Positions 20,702 through 40,649 of a DNA stretch of 64,000 nucleotides are shown here, in pieces. A model generated the notes under the pieces. The model was given only the letters and a program-made list of their open reading frames with translations, had not been told where the DNA came from and ran no database searches. This stretch comes from the human T2T-CHM13v2.0 reference genome, Homo sapiens, in assembly GCF_009914755.1 (NCBI RefSeq), contig NC_060928.1. One strand, written 5' to 3'. Each line of letters starts with the position of its first letter. Position 1 is the first letter of the stretch. Position numbers and translations under genes: made by a program.

Positions 20702-23359
20702 TTATAAAAAAAGAAAGCACCTCTCACTTTGATTTCTGGTTCCTTATTTTTCTAGAACCTTCAGTATTGTGGCATTAGCATAATCTTTCCAGCCTAATCA
20801 ATCCTTCTTTCCTTTCCCTCACATTTAATTGAATACCTGTCATGTTCCAGGATATGGTAGGGATCCAGAGTCCTTAAGACCCAGCTGTCACCCTCAGGTT
20901 CCTCAGGGAACCTAGAAAGGAAGACAGTTACATAAATAGGTCGCCTTTGCATAATCAAAGTCCTCTGTAGTCTCTCACTGGCTGTGAGATGAGAGTTCAA
21001 CAAATTGGGTTTTCCAACTTTCTATCCCTCTCTTTACACTTTACATAGCTGAACATGCACATTCCAATCATGCCCTTTCTTGCTGCCACCATTCTTCCAG
21101 CTTGGAATGTCATACCTTTTCGTCTCCAAGTGTGGGTCCCATGCACTCATTAACTTAAAAAAAAATTACTTATTGTGCTAAGCTGTGGGAATATGGAAGT
21201 AAGAGCTACCTCTTCTTGTAAAGGACCTATTTAAGCAGGAATTTCAAAGTCCTTTCTCTTCGTCCTCTGAACTCATTGTCAGTACCATGTGTAGTATTTG
21301 CTACTGGAGCCAATAGCTGACTTGTGATGTTGGATGTGTGTCCTCTTTTTCAAGCTGTGTGGAAGGCTCCTCAAGGGCAGAGACCAGAGCCTCACACAGT
21401 GCTTACACATCAGGCATGCTGTAACATGCTGGGTGATGGTGATATGCATTCCGGAATGGGTGTGGGAGGGACTGGGATTCAGTTTCTTCCATACTCTGCA
21501 ATCCTTGCTATTTCAGATTTCCTCAAGGTGGTACTCTATTATATTTGAACAATTTAACTGAAAGTGTTTCTAGAGTGGCATTAGAATTCATTGACTCAAC
21601 ATTTCCAAAACCTACAAGTTATAGAGGATGAAACCAGCTGATAATGGAAATTAAATGTCATAAAAGAGAAAATTTTATTAACAAAATTAAGATAAAAAGT
21701 GAAATATGTTATTTATAGAAACTTGCATCTGTTAATGTAAGACTAGAGGAAAGGTTTTTCTACCCCCCCAAATATTCTTCCTAGAAAATTAGTTCGCCCT
21801 GATTATAAAATTGCAGACAAAGAAGAGTATGATATAGAGAGTGAAAGCCCTGATATGCTCCTGCCATCCAGAGGTGACCATTAAGAGTTTGGTGAATATT
21901 CCTTCTGTTTTTTTCCCTAGGTACACAGTAAAGTCATACAGATCTTTGAAAGATATGTAGTCAGACTTATTGAGTAAAAGGGGTTGGGCATGGTGGCTCA
22001 CACCTGTAATCCCAGCACTTTGGAAGGCCATGGCAAGGAGATTACTTGAGTCCAGGAGTTCAAGACCAGCCTGGGCAACATAGGGAGACCCCATCTCTAC
22101 AAAAAATAAAAAATTGGCTGGACATGGTGATGTGCACCTGTAATCCCAGCTACTCAGGAGGCTGAGGTGGGAGGATCACTTGAGCCCAGGAGGTAGAGAC
22201 TGTGGTGAGGTGTGATTGTGCCACTGCACTGCATGCAGCCTGGGTGACAGAGCTGGAATGCAGTGGCGTGATCGAAAAAATAACAATTTTTAAAAGGGGC
22301 ACTGATTTTAAGCTATAACCCCTATATTTTAAATACATAGGCTGGATTTTATCTTGCTCATACAGACTTTTAAAATGATACCCTGTGTTTAGCCCTGAAA
22401 AGTGCTTACTTCTTCTTTGTCTGATGGGTCTTAAAATTTTCTATCCTTGCAGCTTACCCTGTGTTACCACTCCACTAAAGAAAACAAAGTATTCTTTTTT
22501 ACAATAAAAGGTTATTTTTATATGAAACTTTGAATTTCACATTTATCAACTCATTTGATTTTCAAAACTGGTTTTGTTGGAGGTGCAGGTCAGAAGAGGA
22601 GTGGAAACCAACCTGCCCTAATCCTATTGCACCCATTTTCCCATCAGCTCACTAAAGAGTCGTGTGGAAAGTTGGTAGCTTTATCCTCAGAGGCCCTCCT
22701 GGATCCTCTCTGGACCTTTCCCAGGTGATACCATTTCAGGAAAATGGGTTTCTTTTCAAAGACAGAATGTCTTTAGGACAGAAAGGGGTTGTTTGCCTTC
22801 TAGGTATGTGCATGAGGGGTTCATTTCTTAGCTTGATTTTCTTTCCAGTGATTCATGATGTGACCTTCTAACAAGTTCCTTTTCTTAAGTCTAAAAAGTG
22901 TGGACCTGGTACCCCTTTACTGAGTAAAGAGAAACTAAGGCATGCGGTTTGGAAACTAATGGTAATTTCAGCATTGAGACCTTGGTGGGACTTTGGAGCT
23001 CACAATCAGACCAGTGTTTGACAGTTAAGCTTGTGTATACTTACTCCAGCTCTCTCTGGACTGGTCTTGTATGGGTCCAAGTCGTTGTAAGTTCAGGAAG
23101 GTAATTAGATCCCTTTGATGGGGGTAAAGAGTGGGATCTTTACCCCCGATCTGATACTGGGGAGATTCCAGGCATCTGACTCTATAAACTCAAAAAGAAA
23201 GACCTGATTGGTAAACTATAATCTCAGTTTGTTAATTTGTACTTAACCTTTATGTGCCTCTGAAAAATGGAGGAAGTAGTAGCACCAATTTCACAGGGTT
23301 ATTATGAAGATTAAAATGACATTATCAGTAAGTTGAGTAAATTTTGAGTGCTTGGTGGT

Positions 23360-23755
23360 GGCAGTGGTGAGAAGTGATTGGATCTGAATATATTTTGAAG
23401 GTAGAGCTGATGGGATTTGCTGATGGATTGGTTGGATGTGGAGTTTGAGAGAAAGAGGAGTCAAAGATGACTCTAAGGTTTTTGGCCTGAGCATCTGGAA
23501 GGATGGTTCTGTCATTTACTGTGATGTGGAGATGTAGGGGGAGGAGGAGGATTAAGGGATGGAATCAAGAGTTTGGTTTCAGATGTGTTTAGTTTGAGAT
23601 ACTGAATAGACATGCAAGTGGGGATATTGGGTAGGCATTTGGAAAAGGTCCAAGCTAAAGGTAAGGATTTGGGGATCATTAGTATAAATGGTATTTAAAG
23701 TCATGGAATTAGGTAAGATCACAAAGGAGTGATTATAGATAGAAAAGAGAAGTGT
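23360..23755 (-). mobile_element. L2 fragment, flanked by MIR-like pieces
   Basis: ATATTTTGAAGGTAGAGCTGATGGGATTTGCTGATGGATTGG...GGAGTCAAAGATGACTCTAAGGTTTTTGGCCTGAGCA. Confidence 0.8.
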
Positions 23756-24741
23756 TTGTCATAGTAAGTGCTCAGTAAATGTTGGCAGTTACTCCCATTA
23801 CTATAACTACTTGAATTATTATTGCTGATACTTTATAGGAAATGTTACAGAACTACTGGGTGAACCATAATCTCTCATTTTCTTTGTATGAAACCTCTTT
23901 GGGGAATCAAAGCTATATTAGAAATTTCCATAGAGAATATGCTGTCAAGATCCAGGGAGTTAGATGATCCTGGTGAGTAGTGCTCCTTGAAGTCATTCAC
24001 CCGTGAGAGCTGGATGGCTTCAGGTGTTGGGATTTGATAGGCCTGGGTTTGAGTCCTGGCTTTACTCTGCACCAGCAGCGAAACCTCTTTGAACCTCAGT
24101 GTCTTCCTCTATGAAAGAAGGCTTACTTTGCAGGGATGTTAGGCAGATTCAAGGAGATGAATGTGAATGCCTTCCTTTCCCCTCCACTGTTAAGGACTAG
24201 GACTCTGGGCCAGTCAAGTTCCCTTTCTGGAACTCATTGGAGATACTCTGTTTCTTTTGTGCTGCTTCTTAAAACCTTACTCCAATTACTAGCCCTCTTG
24301 TACTGATAACAATCCCTTGTTCAGTGTGATTCATTGCACTTAATTAGATAACAGTGTATCTTTTGTTAATTATAATTTAATCTCCTTAATGGGGCTATCT
24401 TTTGTCTTATCAGCACCACATTGATTAATTCATTTTGAATGCACATGTGAAATCTGATGTTCATTCCTAAGCTTTCAGTTTTCAACCTACACCCCTTGTA
24501 TGGGTCCAGCCCTGTTTACTCCCATGAAGACGAGGACAGTAGGATTTTAATTCCTGAGACCATGTGGCCCCATGTGGCAGCCAGAACACAGAAACTTCTT
24601 GATAGCTCCTACTGTGGTCTTCAGGAAGCCTTTTTGAAGAGCAATTCTAATACCACAACTGCTGAAACTATCTGGCAGATGGCATGGACCACTCCAAAAA
24701 GTAGCAATTCTCGTTGTTAGAAGTATTTAAACAAAGCTTGG

Positions 24742-25296
<555 letters not shown>

Positions 25297-25913
25297 CCCA
25301 GCACTTTGAGAGGTTGAGATGGGAGGATCACTTAAGCCCAGGAGTTCACGACCCGCCTGGGCAACATAGTGAGACTGTCTCTACAAAAACAACAACAACA
25401 ACAACAAAAATAAATTTAAAAAACCAAAAAAGCCTAATGTATTACATTTTCCTAATACTATTATCACAGACATCTGGCAGTAAACATCTGTGGGAAAACT
25501 ACATGGGAAGGCTAACTTTAACAGAGAAAGATGCTAGGTGACAAGATCATCAAAGTAAGTGACTTTGAGCCAGGGAAGAAAAGTGGCTCAGCACAAATGT
25601 GGTCTTTCTTCAGACTGATCATAGTATAGCTGATTCACTACCTGTGCCGATAAAGCTCTATTCTCTTGAAGTCACAGTGTAGTCATTCTGATTGGAATTT
25701 GGATTTTGCTAAATTCTTCAGTCATTCTGCCTCAGATAACTAGCTCTTCTTGTCCATTGCATGTAATTTCCCCTAAGTTTATTCACTGGATACAGCCTTT
25801 AATTATTTGTCTTTGTAGGGGGTGATTTTATTTAAAACACTGTCAGCAGGCCAGCTTGGTGGTGGCTCCTGTAATCCCAGCACTTTGGGAGGCCAAGATG
25901 CGGGGGATCATCA

Positions 25914-26162
<249 letters not shown>

Positions 26163-27150
26163 CTATGATTTTTTTTTTAACACTTAGTTTTGCTAACTTT
26201 TAGCACTATTAAGGTTATACATTTTTATTGCAGAAAAGAGATATGCAAAAAAGTTTCTTTTAATGTCATAACCCAGAGAGAACCTTTGTAAACATTTAAG
26301 TTCATGTTCTCTCATATTTTGTTCAGTGTGTTAAATATCCCCCCGATAGGATTATGCTGTACATACTGTTTGTAACCTGTTTTATTAATTATTTGTATGA
26401 TGTGATTTATATTTAGGAACCATCAAGCCAGTTAATTTTGTTTGTTGTTGTTGAGACAGAGTCCTGCTCTATCGCCCAGGCTGGCGTGCAGTGGCGTGAT
26501 CTTGGCTTACCGTGACCTTTTCCTCCTGGGTTCAAGCAATTCTCATGTCTGGGATTACAGGCGCGAGCCACCACACCTGGCTAAGTTTTTGTTTTTAGTA
26601 GAGAGGGGGTTTCACCATGTTGGCCAGGCTGATCTCAAACTCGTGACCTCAAGTGATCACTGGCCTTGGCCTCCCACAGTGCTGGGACTACAGGCGGAGC
26701 CACCGCGCCCGGGCGTATGTCTCTATTAATGTTAGAGAATAAAAAGCAACATAAATTTATGTGGGGCCGGTCATGGTGGCTCATGCCTGTAATGCCAGCA
26801 CTTTGGGAGGCCGCGATGGGATGATTGCCTGAGTCCACGAGCTTGAGACCAGCCTGGCTAACATGGCGAAACCCCATCTCTACTAAAAATTCAAAAAATT
26901 AGCTGGGTATGGTGGCTCACGCCTGTAGTCCCAGCTACTCAGGAGGCTGAGGTGGGAGGATCACCTGAGCCCAGGAGACGAAGTTGCAGTGAGCCAAGAT
27001 CATGCCACTGCACTCCGTCCAAAAAAAAAAGAAAGAAATAATAGCCCACCAATGGGGGCTGGGCGCGGTGGCTCACGCTTGTAATCCCAGCACTTTGGGA
27101 GGCCGAGGCTGGCAGATCACGAGGTCAGGAGATCGAGGCCATCCTGGTTA

Positions 27151-27426
<276 letters not shown>

Positions 27427-27876
27427 TCATTTGCATTGTATAGTTCCCTTGGAGGGCTTTTGTTTTATTTATTATTTATTATTTTTATTTTTTTTTGAGA
27501 CAGAGTCTCCCTGTCACCCAGGGAGTACAGGCTGGAGTACAGTGGTGTGATCTCAGCTCACTACAACTTCTACTTCCGGGTTCAAGCGATTCTCCTGCCT
27601 CAGTCTCCCAAGTAGCCGGGATTACAGGCTCGCGCCACCACATCCAGATAATTTTTGTATTTTTAGTAGAAACAGGGTTTCGCCATGTTGGCCAGGCTGG
27701 TCTCGAACTCCTGACTTCAAGTGATCCACCTGCCTCGGCCTCCCAAAGTGCTGGGATTACAGGCGTGGGCCACGGCGCCCGGCCAGAAAGCTTTTAAAGT
27801 AGTTTCTTTATGTAGCTGTACTCTCAGCACTATTCTTTTTTTTTTTTTTGAGACGGAGTCTCACTCTCTCACCTAG

Positions 27877-27996
<120 letters not shown>

Positions 27997-29747
27997 TAAT
28001 TTTTGTTTTTTTAGTAGAGACGGGGTTTCACTGTGTTGGCCTGGCCTCTCAGCACTATTTTTAGGAGGTACCTTTTATTACCCGTTTTCTTCAAAGGAGA
28101 TGAATAAATACGGTAACAACAGTTTGATTTTTATTAATTCTATGACCTTTTCATTAAAACAACCACGTGACCGTAAAGCATATCCATATTTGAACTTCTA
28201 AACATTTACAAGGCAACTTTTTAAATTAGGTCTTCGAAATTTCATGGCTCTTTCAGTAAGCGATCACTGAGCTTTGCAGAGTAATATAAATTGCTGCTTG
28301 CACAGTATCCTCTGTAACATCTAATGGAATTTAATCATATTCCCCTACAAGGCAAATAACTCTAGTTCTATAGCCTTTTGTTGTATGTACTGCTAAATCA
28401 TAACAACTCCCTAAGTGCCTGGTGGACTGAAAATATTCGCACATTTATTTGTAGAATCCTGAGTTTATTGTAGCATATTTGTCATACTATAGTATTCTGA
28501 AATTATCTGTAAGTGGATTATAACTGAAGTTAAAACATTTATTGTCAATGGGTACTGTGGTTTATGCCTGTAATCCCAGCACTTTAGGAGGCTGAGGTGG
28601 GATGATTGCTTAAGCTCAGGAGTTCAAGACCAGCCTGAGCAACATAGCGAGATCTTGTCTTTACAAAACATTTTTTAAAAAATTAGCAAGGCTAATTACA
28701 GGTGGTGCACACCTGTAATCCCATCTACTCAGGAGGATGAGGTGGGACGATCTCTTGAGTCCAGGAGTTCAAGACAGGAGTGAGCTGTAATTGTCACCAC
28801 TGCATTCCAGCCTGAGTGACAGATCAAGACTCTGTCTCAAAAAAGAAAAAAAAAATTCTTATAATGTATGATAGTACATGCCAGGCCATTTAATAAGCAA
28901 CTTGAAGGCATTGTATTTGTCTTACAGATATTCTCAATAAGTATGTTGAAAGATTGGATAAAATTTTCACAATTTAGTTGATTATTTCATGTACATACTT
29001 TTATGCAGTAACACTTTTGCACTAAAATAGTACCGTCTGCTAACATGTTGACTGTAAATCATTTGTTTTTTTGTTTGTTTTTTGAGTAGGAGTCCCGCTT
29101 TGTTACCCAGGGTGGAGTGCAGTGGTGCAATCACAGCTCACTGCAGCCTCAGCCTCCTGGGGTCAAGTAATTCTCCTATCTCAGCCCCTCCAAGTAGCTG
29201 GGACCACAGATGTGCATCACCATGCCCAGCTAGCTTTTTAATTTTTTGTGGAGACAGGGTCAGGCTGGTCTTGAACTCCTGGGTTCAAGTGATCTTACTG
29301 CCTTGGCCTCCCAAAATGCTGGGATTACAGGCATGAGCCACCATGCCCAGCAGCAAATAATATTTATAGTCCAGATGTTATACTAAATTCTAGCCTCATT
29401 GTCTAGCTTTTGTGATGACTTAGTACAGTGGCGCATTTTATAGATGAGGAGAGGGGCATATTGGATGATCAGGAACTCTAAAGTAATCTCCAACTTCTAA
29501 GGCTGTTCTCGAACATTCAATATTGTTTGAAACCTTGCACCTTTTATTTCCTTGAGTTCTCTGAGAAGAGTGGCTTCATAACTCCAGTGTCCTGCTCTCT
29601 GTAGGCTCTCAGGAAAGTTGAATGAATAAGTTGGTTGTGCTTGTGATTTATCTTCTGGGAACTTCTCTGCTATTATTTATCATGAAATTTGGGTAATCCT
29701 TGCTCAGTTTAACTGCATGTGCTGGAGAATATGTTAAGAATATATCA

Positions 29748-30029
<282 letters not shown>

Positions 30030-30301
30030 TCAAAAAAAAAAAAGAACATATTAAGTGGTAAGATGCCAGGTGCTTTCCATTAGACAGTGCAATCCTCCGA
30101 TGACTTTGCCTTGTGTTAGTCCTGTGTAGCAAATGAGAAAACTGTGGCTCAGGAGCATAAGTTGTTTGAACACAGCTAGTAAAAAGCGGAGGTAGAAGCC
30201 TGACTGGGAAAGAAATTCCTAATGCATGGATTACTGACAGGTTATTTATTACTGAATTGTTTTGCACATCACTTTTTTTTTTTTTTGTGTGACGGAATCT
30301 T

Positions 30302-30911
<610 letters not shown>

Positions 30912-31126
30912 TAGGATGCTCCAAAGGTAGTCTAGTTACCAAGAAAGAGTCATGGTGATCAAGTTTGTTTTGTTTTTTTTTAAATACTTGTCATGTATGG
31001 ACACCATTCTTTTCAGCAGATTATTTGAGTGATATGTACAATAATGTGGTATGCATGGGGGATAAAGCTGTGAGCAAGACACATTTAATCCATATCCTCA
31101 AGGACCTTTGGTCTGGCCATCTAGTT

Positions 31127-31350
31127 CTGTAGTTGGGAGACTTTTCCTGTAAAGGACCAGACAGTGAATATTTTAGGCTTTGCAGGCCCTATGGTCTTGG
31201 TTGCAAATACTGAATTCTGCCATTGTGATGCAAAAGTAGCCACAGACATTATTTAAATAAATGAGTGTGGCTATGTTCCAATAAAACTTCATTTACAGAA
31301 ATAGGCAGTGGACTTGATTTGGCCTGCAGGTTGTAGTTTGCCGACTCTTG
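31127..31350. mobile_element. MER58A-like hAT-Charlie DNA transposon fossil
   Basis: 224 bp, degenerate TIRs, 8-bp TSD ATCTAGTT/GTCTAGTT. Confidence 0.8.
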
Positions 31351-31430
31351 GTCTAGTTTATTTGTTTCTTGGCCTCTGTCTCTCTTTCTTGCTCATATTC
31401 ACAGCAGCAATTTTCATAGAGTTCCATTGA

Positions 31431-31649
<219 letters not shown>

Positions 31650-32386
31650 TAAATTCCCAAGTGTCTTAGAAATGAGGGTACCTGGAGATTTAGGACATGC
31701 TCTGAGCATTTTGTAAAATAAGTGCCCTGGTTTGATAGGGGATAGAAGTTGCAGTGACTTAGTGAGTTGCCTGCTTAGGAATTCACAGTACATAATTAAA
31801 GGCTGGATCATGTCAGTTTGTTGTTTCTGGAGTTGCTCTTTGGTTGTTTTTTTTTGTTTTGTTTTGTTTTGTTTTTTTTGTTTTTTTTTGAGATGGAGTC
31901 TCACTTCGTTGCCCAGGCTGGAGTGTGGTGGTGTGATCTTAGCTCACTGCAACCTCGCTTACTGGGTTCAGGCGATTCTCCTGCCTCAGCCTCCCGAGTA
32001 GCTGGGACTACAGGCACCTGCCACCATGCCCAGCTAATTTTTTGTATTTTTAGTGGAGATTGGGTTTCACCGCATTGGACAGGCTGGTCTAGAACTCCTG
32101 ATTTCAAGTGATCTACCCTCCTCGGCCTCCCAAAGTGCTGGGATTACAGGCATGAGCTTACCACCCCCAGCCCACCCAAAAAGGGCTTAAGTTTGCAAAT
32201 ATATGATATTGTTAGGCAATTTAAATAGCTCTAGAAAAAGGCAACTCTAGGCTGGGCACGGTGGCTCACACCTGTAATCTCAGCACTTTGGGAGGCCGAG
32301 GTGGGTGGATCACTCGAGGTCAGGAGTTTGAGACCAGCCTGGCCAAAATGGTGAAACGCTGCCTCTACTAAAAATACAAAAAATTA

Positions 32387-33330
<944 letters not shown>

Positions 33331-33796
33331 TTCTCCATATGACAGTACTTCATCATTTTGCACTCCCTCCTTCCTTACTGCAAGCCCCTGCTGCCCCCTC
33401 TGCAGTGCTCCTGGGTCCTCACACTCACACTCCCCTTCCAGACTCCTCACCCCAGCTCACTCTGGCCCAGCCCTCATACCTCCTTTGGTCTCCTGTGCTT
33501 TGTTCTACCCTCTTCTCCCCACCAGTCATCAGTCTGTCTTTTCCTTCCACATTGTGTGCTATGGAACTCCTGCTCTGTTGTTTTTCTTGTTAAAATTGCT
33601 TCAGTGGCAAAGATCTTACATGGTCTGCAGAGCTAACTCACTGGCAGTTATTTTCTAGTTCTATATTGGATACTGTGGAATGCTCTCTGTGGATGTTTTA
33701 CTGTTAGGAATTAGGATTCAAAATGTAGTTATGTCCTTTGGGCATGGAATATTTGGGATTTTAATTTTCTGGATAACTCAGGGTTAATCTGAAATA

Positions 33797-34022
33797 CAGT
33801 GAGTCCTTACTTAATGTTGTCTTTAGGTTCTTGGAAACTAAGTGAAATGACACTTAAATTTCAATTTTCAATTTTAAACCAACCATAACAAAACCAATTT
33901 TTTCTCCACATAAATGTTATAACAAAATGATGTTGAAGGAAATGACATTACTTGAGAAGGTCATGCCACTTGAAGTCACAGTTTCCAAGAACCTTTCAAT
34001 GATGTTAAATGAGGACTTACTT
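33797..34022. mobile_element. Tigger-type (MER6-like) MITE
   Basis: TIRs CAGTGAGTCCTTACTTAA...AGGTTCTTGGAAACT / AGTTTCCAAGAACCT...TTAAATGAGGACTTACT; TA flanks. Confidence 0.7.
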
Positions 34023-34615
34023 TACTTTCCTCCCTTACCTTTTTTTGTTGTCAAAACCTTGTTGAAACATACATACATAGTCCCCCATTATTGTATATAA
34101 ATATGTACACATGTATCTTTAGAAATTGGACTGCTTTGTCACAAGGTCATTGTTCTAAGTGGCTACTAGGATTTTTGCAAGATGTGGGAGATTATAGGAG
34201 ACTGAATGTGAACCAACCTCATTACTTCACTAGCTTCTTTTTGCTGAATTCCAGGCATAAACTAATTTATGAGATTTTCTTTGTTTCTTTCTCCATTAGT
34301 TATAGTGCAGAGAAAATTATCAGATTGAGTTAAAGTCCTGGTTTGTTGATCCCAGTAGTGAATCAACAAATCAAATCTTAATTCTATCATTATGTGCTCT
34401 CTCTTCTCATATACAACATGCGTCTCAGTTTAAATTTCAGCTTTTAGCAAAAGGAAAGGTAATGTAAATTTATTAATCCAGGTTCTTTTAGGAATCATTT
34501 GTATCAGCTCCAAAGTATATGATGTTTCAATTTGCAGCCATACTAGGGCTAATGATGGAGAAAGTTGTTCTGCTGGGTTTTTGGGTCTCGTTTTAAATGA
34601 CTGTTTTTTGAATAA

Positions 34616-34873
<258 letters not shown>

Positions 34874-35413
34874 TAAACATTTCACCAGTCCCAAATCCAA
34901 ATATGTTTTTTCACCAGTCCTCTCTTTCCAGCGTAAGTCACAAGACTGGTAAAACAGATAAAAATCCACACTCTTTTTAGTCTAACAAGTGAGCTTTGTT
35001 TCATTTTTTCAAAACTTGGCTAAAATATTTCAGCTGACTAGATTACCCGGACCTGCCAGTCTGGTCTTGTGGGTTGATTGAAGGACTTGTCAAAGTCTCC
35101 GTTTAAAATAGCTTCCTAGAAAATGGTGACTTCCTTGAACTAAGTCATATTTGATTCTTAGCACATGAGTGACAGCTCCGTTGGGCTGCTTGCCTGGACT
35201 GTTAATTACCTGCTTTTTGCTCTATGAGACATAGGAAATTTTGTGCCCCACCGTGTTGAGGTTACTCAGAGGATGTCCGCACTACCACGTTCTTCTTTGC
35301 TCTTTTGAGCAACTTCCACAGATTCTTTGAGTCTTGGTTATGGAGTTCCTAATAGCACTCCTGCCTGAGGAGACTTTTGAGTATTATACTTACTGAGAAA
35401 TTCTTGATTGATT

Positions 35414-36810
<1,397 letters not shown>

Positions 36811-37516
36811 GTGAAATTCTTAAGGATTTTAGGCCATTGCCTGCTGTAAACCCTAGGATCCAAGATTGTTTCCAGCTGCATATATTTCTTTTGTGTTTCT
36901 GTCAAATGAGATGTTGTTTCTTTATTTATGTACTTTACGAGGAGCTTCTACCTTTTAAAGGATGGACTGGAATTTCAGGATATGCCAGTGATCTGGGAAT
37001 ATCAGCCAGGTTCACTTTGTAAAGCACTCAAAAAAGTGGAGACAGGAGACTGTGCACCCGGTAGTTAGCCCATACTTCTCTTGGTCTTGGTTCCTTAATT
37101 ATACAACTAACTGCTGAAGACAGGAAAAATCCTGTCTCCATGAGTGCAAACTAGTACTCAGAATAACATACTTACATGTGTACTGGTTTTGAATACGTTG
37201 ATCTCTTTCCTTCAATTAGTGCAACATGTTAAGCATGTTAATACATATAAAGCGGAAGACTCCACTGACATTTTCCAGGTAATCTTTTAGAGATGACTGG
37301 TTCTACAACCCAAGTTCTTTGTGCTTCTCTTTTCACCTTTCTCCTGTGATGTTAATTTCCTCCATGACTATGGAAAACACTAGAATTGGTAAGAGAGACT
37401 GAGTGTCAGAAGTCAGAAAAAGACATCTTTTGCTGACTGGTTAATGTGAGTTGGTACAAGTCTCAACTGACTTGTTATGTAATTTTTTCCCCATATAATA
37501 AAACATTGTTTTCTTA

Positions 37517-37850
<334 letters not shown>

Positions 37851-38309
37851 TCATAAGTTTATAGCTTTGAGCCTTCAAACTTTGTTTTGATTATTTTGGG
37901 TGCAGATCTTTCTAAAAGCATTTCCATGCTTTCTTAAAGCACAGTGGACATAATTTAACCTTTTCTTGTCATGAAGAACATCAAAGATTATATTATATCA
38001 TTGCTGTTGTTTGCTTTTTTGAGTTCTTCGGGAATTTAAAAAACACTTTCCCATTTCATCCTTTTATCTGTAGTCCCTTTTTACTGTCACTAGTGGCTGT
38101 CTGTTCAAAACTATCCTCCTTTCCACATAGATTGTTGCTTCTAATCTGCTGTGAGCCTGGAACTTGGGCAGTACGTTTATTAGAACTGCAGGAGTTTGTA
38201 GTCTCAGGGAGCTGCTTCTCAGGTTACCATGTGGGCACAAAGAGAGAAACATATGGCATCTGTTTTGACAGGTTTTTATCTGGCTAGATGAGGTGTTCCT
38301 GTATTTTAA

Positions 38310-38582
<273 letters not shown>

Positions 38583-39106
38583 TAAGAAGAAAATAATCAC
38601 TTTTAATTATATTGTATTTACAGTTTCTTCTATATAAGGTTGTTATATAAAGTTTATTCTGTGTCTTGAAAAATAAAATCAGTTAGGATGCAAAATAGGA
38701 TTGTGCAGTCCTGAGAAATATATAAAGACTTTTTGAATACAGCAGAGAACAAGGTGCACTCATTTGTTTCTGGCTCTTTGAAGAAATATAGATTTCATTT
38801 AAGAAGAACCAGCATTATTATAGGAGAACCAGGCACATTTTTAAATGTAATAAGGTCGTCACCTGTTGCATTTCATGTACATGAGAAAATTCTTGCTAGC
38901 CCCTCTGTGTCATCATCCCTGCACCCCCTGGAGGATGGGGTGATCAGTGAAAGAAGTGACTACATTTAGGGTTTTAAAAAGAAGTGCTGATTAGCTGAAT
39001 ATAGACCAAACTTAACAATAGGTAACTTGGAATATAGACTTAACTTAAAATAGGTTACTTACAATAGGTAACTTGACCAGATACTTTTTAAAAATAAATA
39101 TTTACC

Positions 39107-39406
<300 letters not shown>

Positions 39407-40421
39407 TTACTTATTTTAACTTACAATAGGTAACTTGAATATAGACCGAACTTATAATAGGTTACTTACAATAGGTAACTTGGCCAGACAAGTTTTTAAA
39501 ATAAATATGTATTGAGCACCTACCATGTGCAAAGAACACTTTGGCTTTGGAGGTTGTAATATTCTAATTTTAGTATTTTCCTACTTTCTGTCTTATTTTT
39601 AAATCAAATATTAATAATGAAACCCTTTAATCATTGGTGACTGTTCTCTTAATACAGATACAACTTCTTTTCTGCTCTCTCTGACAATCATGACAGGACA
39701 AAAGTACCTACTGAGTTCACTAATAAGAATTTTACTCTCTAGTTACCAAGTGAGGCAAACTGCAAGAAAAAGAAAATAAGCAAAATCAGTTTTAACTTTA
39801 AAAAAAAAAAACTTAAAATTACTTTTTTTTTTTTTTTACCTTCCCATTGGCCAAACCCAGTTTGAGTGCTTACTATGCTTGTTTTTAGTTTGTGAAAAGT
39901 TCTGAAAACATTCAAAAGATCACATCTTAGTAACTGACCCTAAATATGGACTTATTTTAATTACTGTTGGTCAAATTAGCAAGTTACAGATTTGACTCCA
40001 ATTGTTTCCAAGAGGGCAGAGACATAGACGAGCCCTTGGGTAGAATTTCAAAACGTTTTAACTAGAAAATGAGAATTTCTTGTAAGTAAAATAATAGCTT
40101 ATTCATGAGGCAGGTTAGAGAAATTTTTTCATCGTAAGATTAAAGGACAGTGTTCAGAATCTTTCATCAGGAGTAAAATTCAATCCAGTGAGTAGTTTGA
40201 GTGCAAATCATCTTTAAGGGTAGGATGTAGGGCATGTTTATTTTAAACTATTTCAGATGTAAAATGAACGGTAGTGAAAACCAGGTAGATTATGAAATGA
40301 TCTTATGTATGTTGAGCTGGTAGTTTTCTTCTTCCAAATGTCTGTTGCTATAAAATCTTTATTTTTACTTTGTATAGCCTCCATAAAGTTCCCTATTAAG
40401 TAGATTTTCAGAAAATACTGA

Positions 40422-40649
<228 letters not shown>

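Noticed and set aside
34880-34954. Repeated TTTCACCAGTC with a downstream complementary GACTGGT near the ENOPH1 exon 3 donor
   Set aside because: Pairing is only about 7 bp and compatible with chance.
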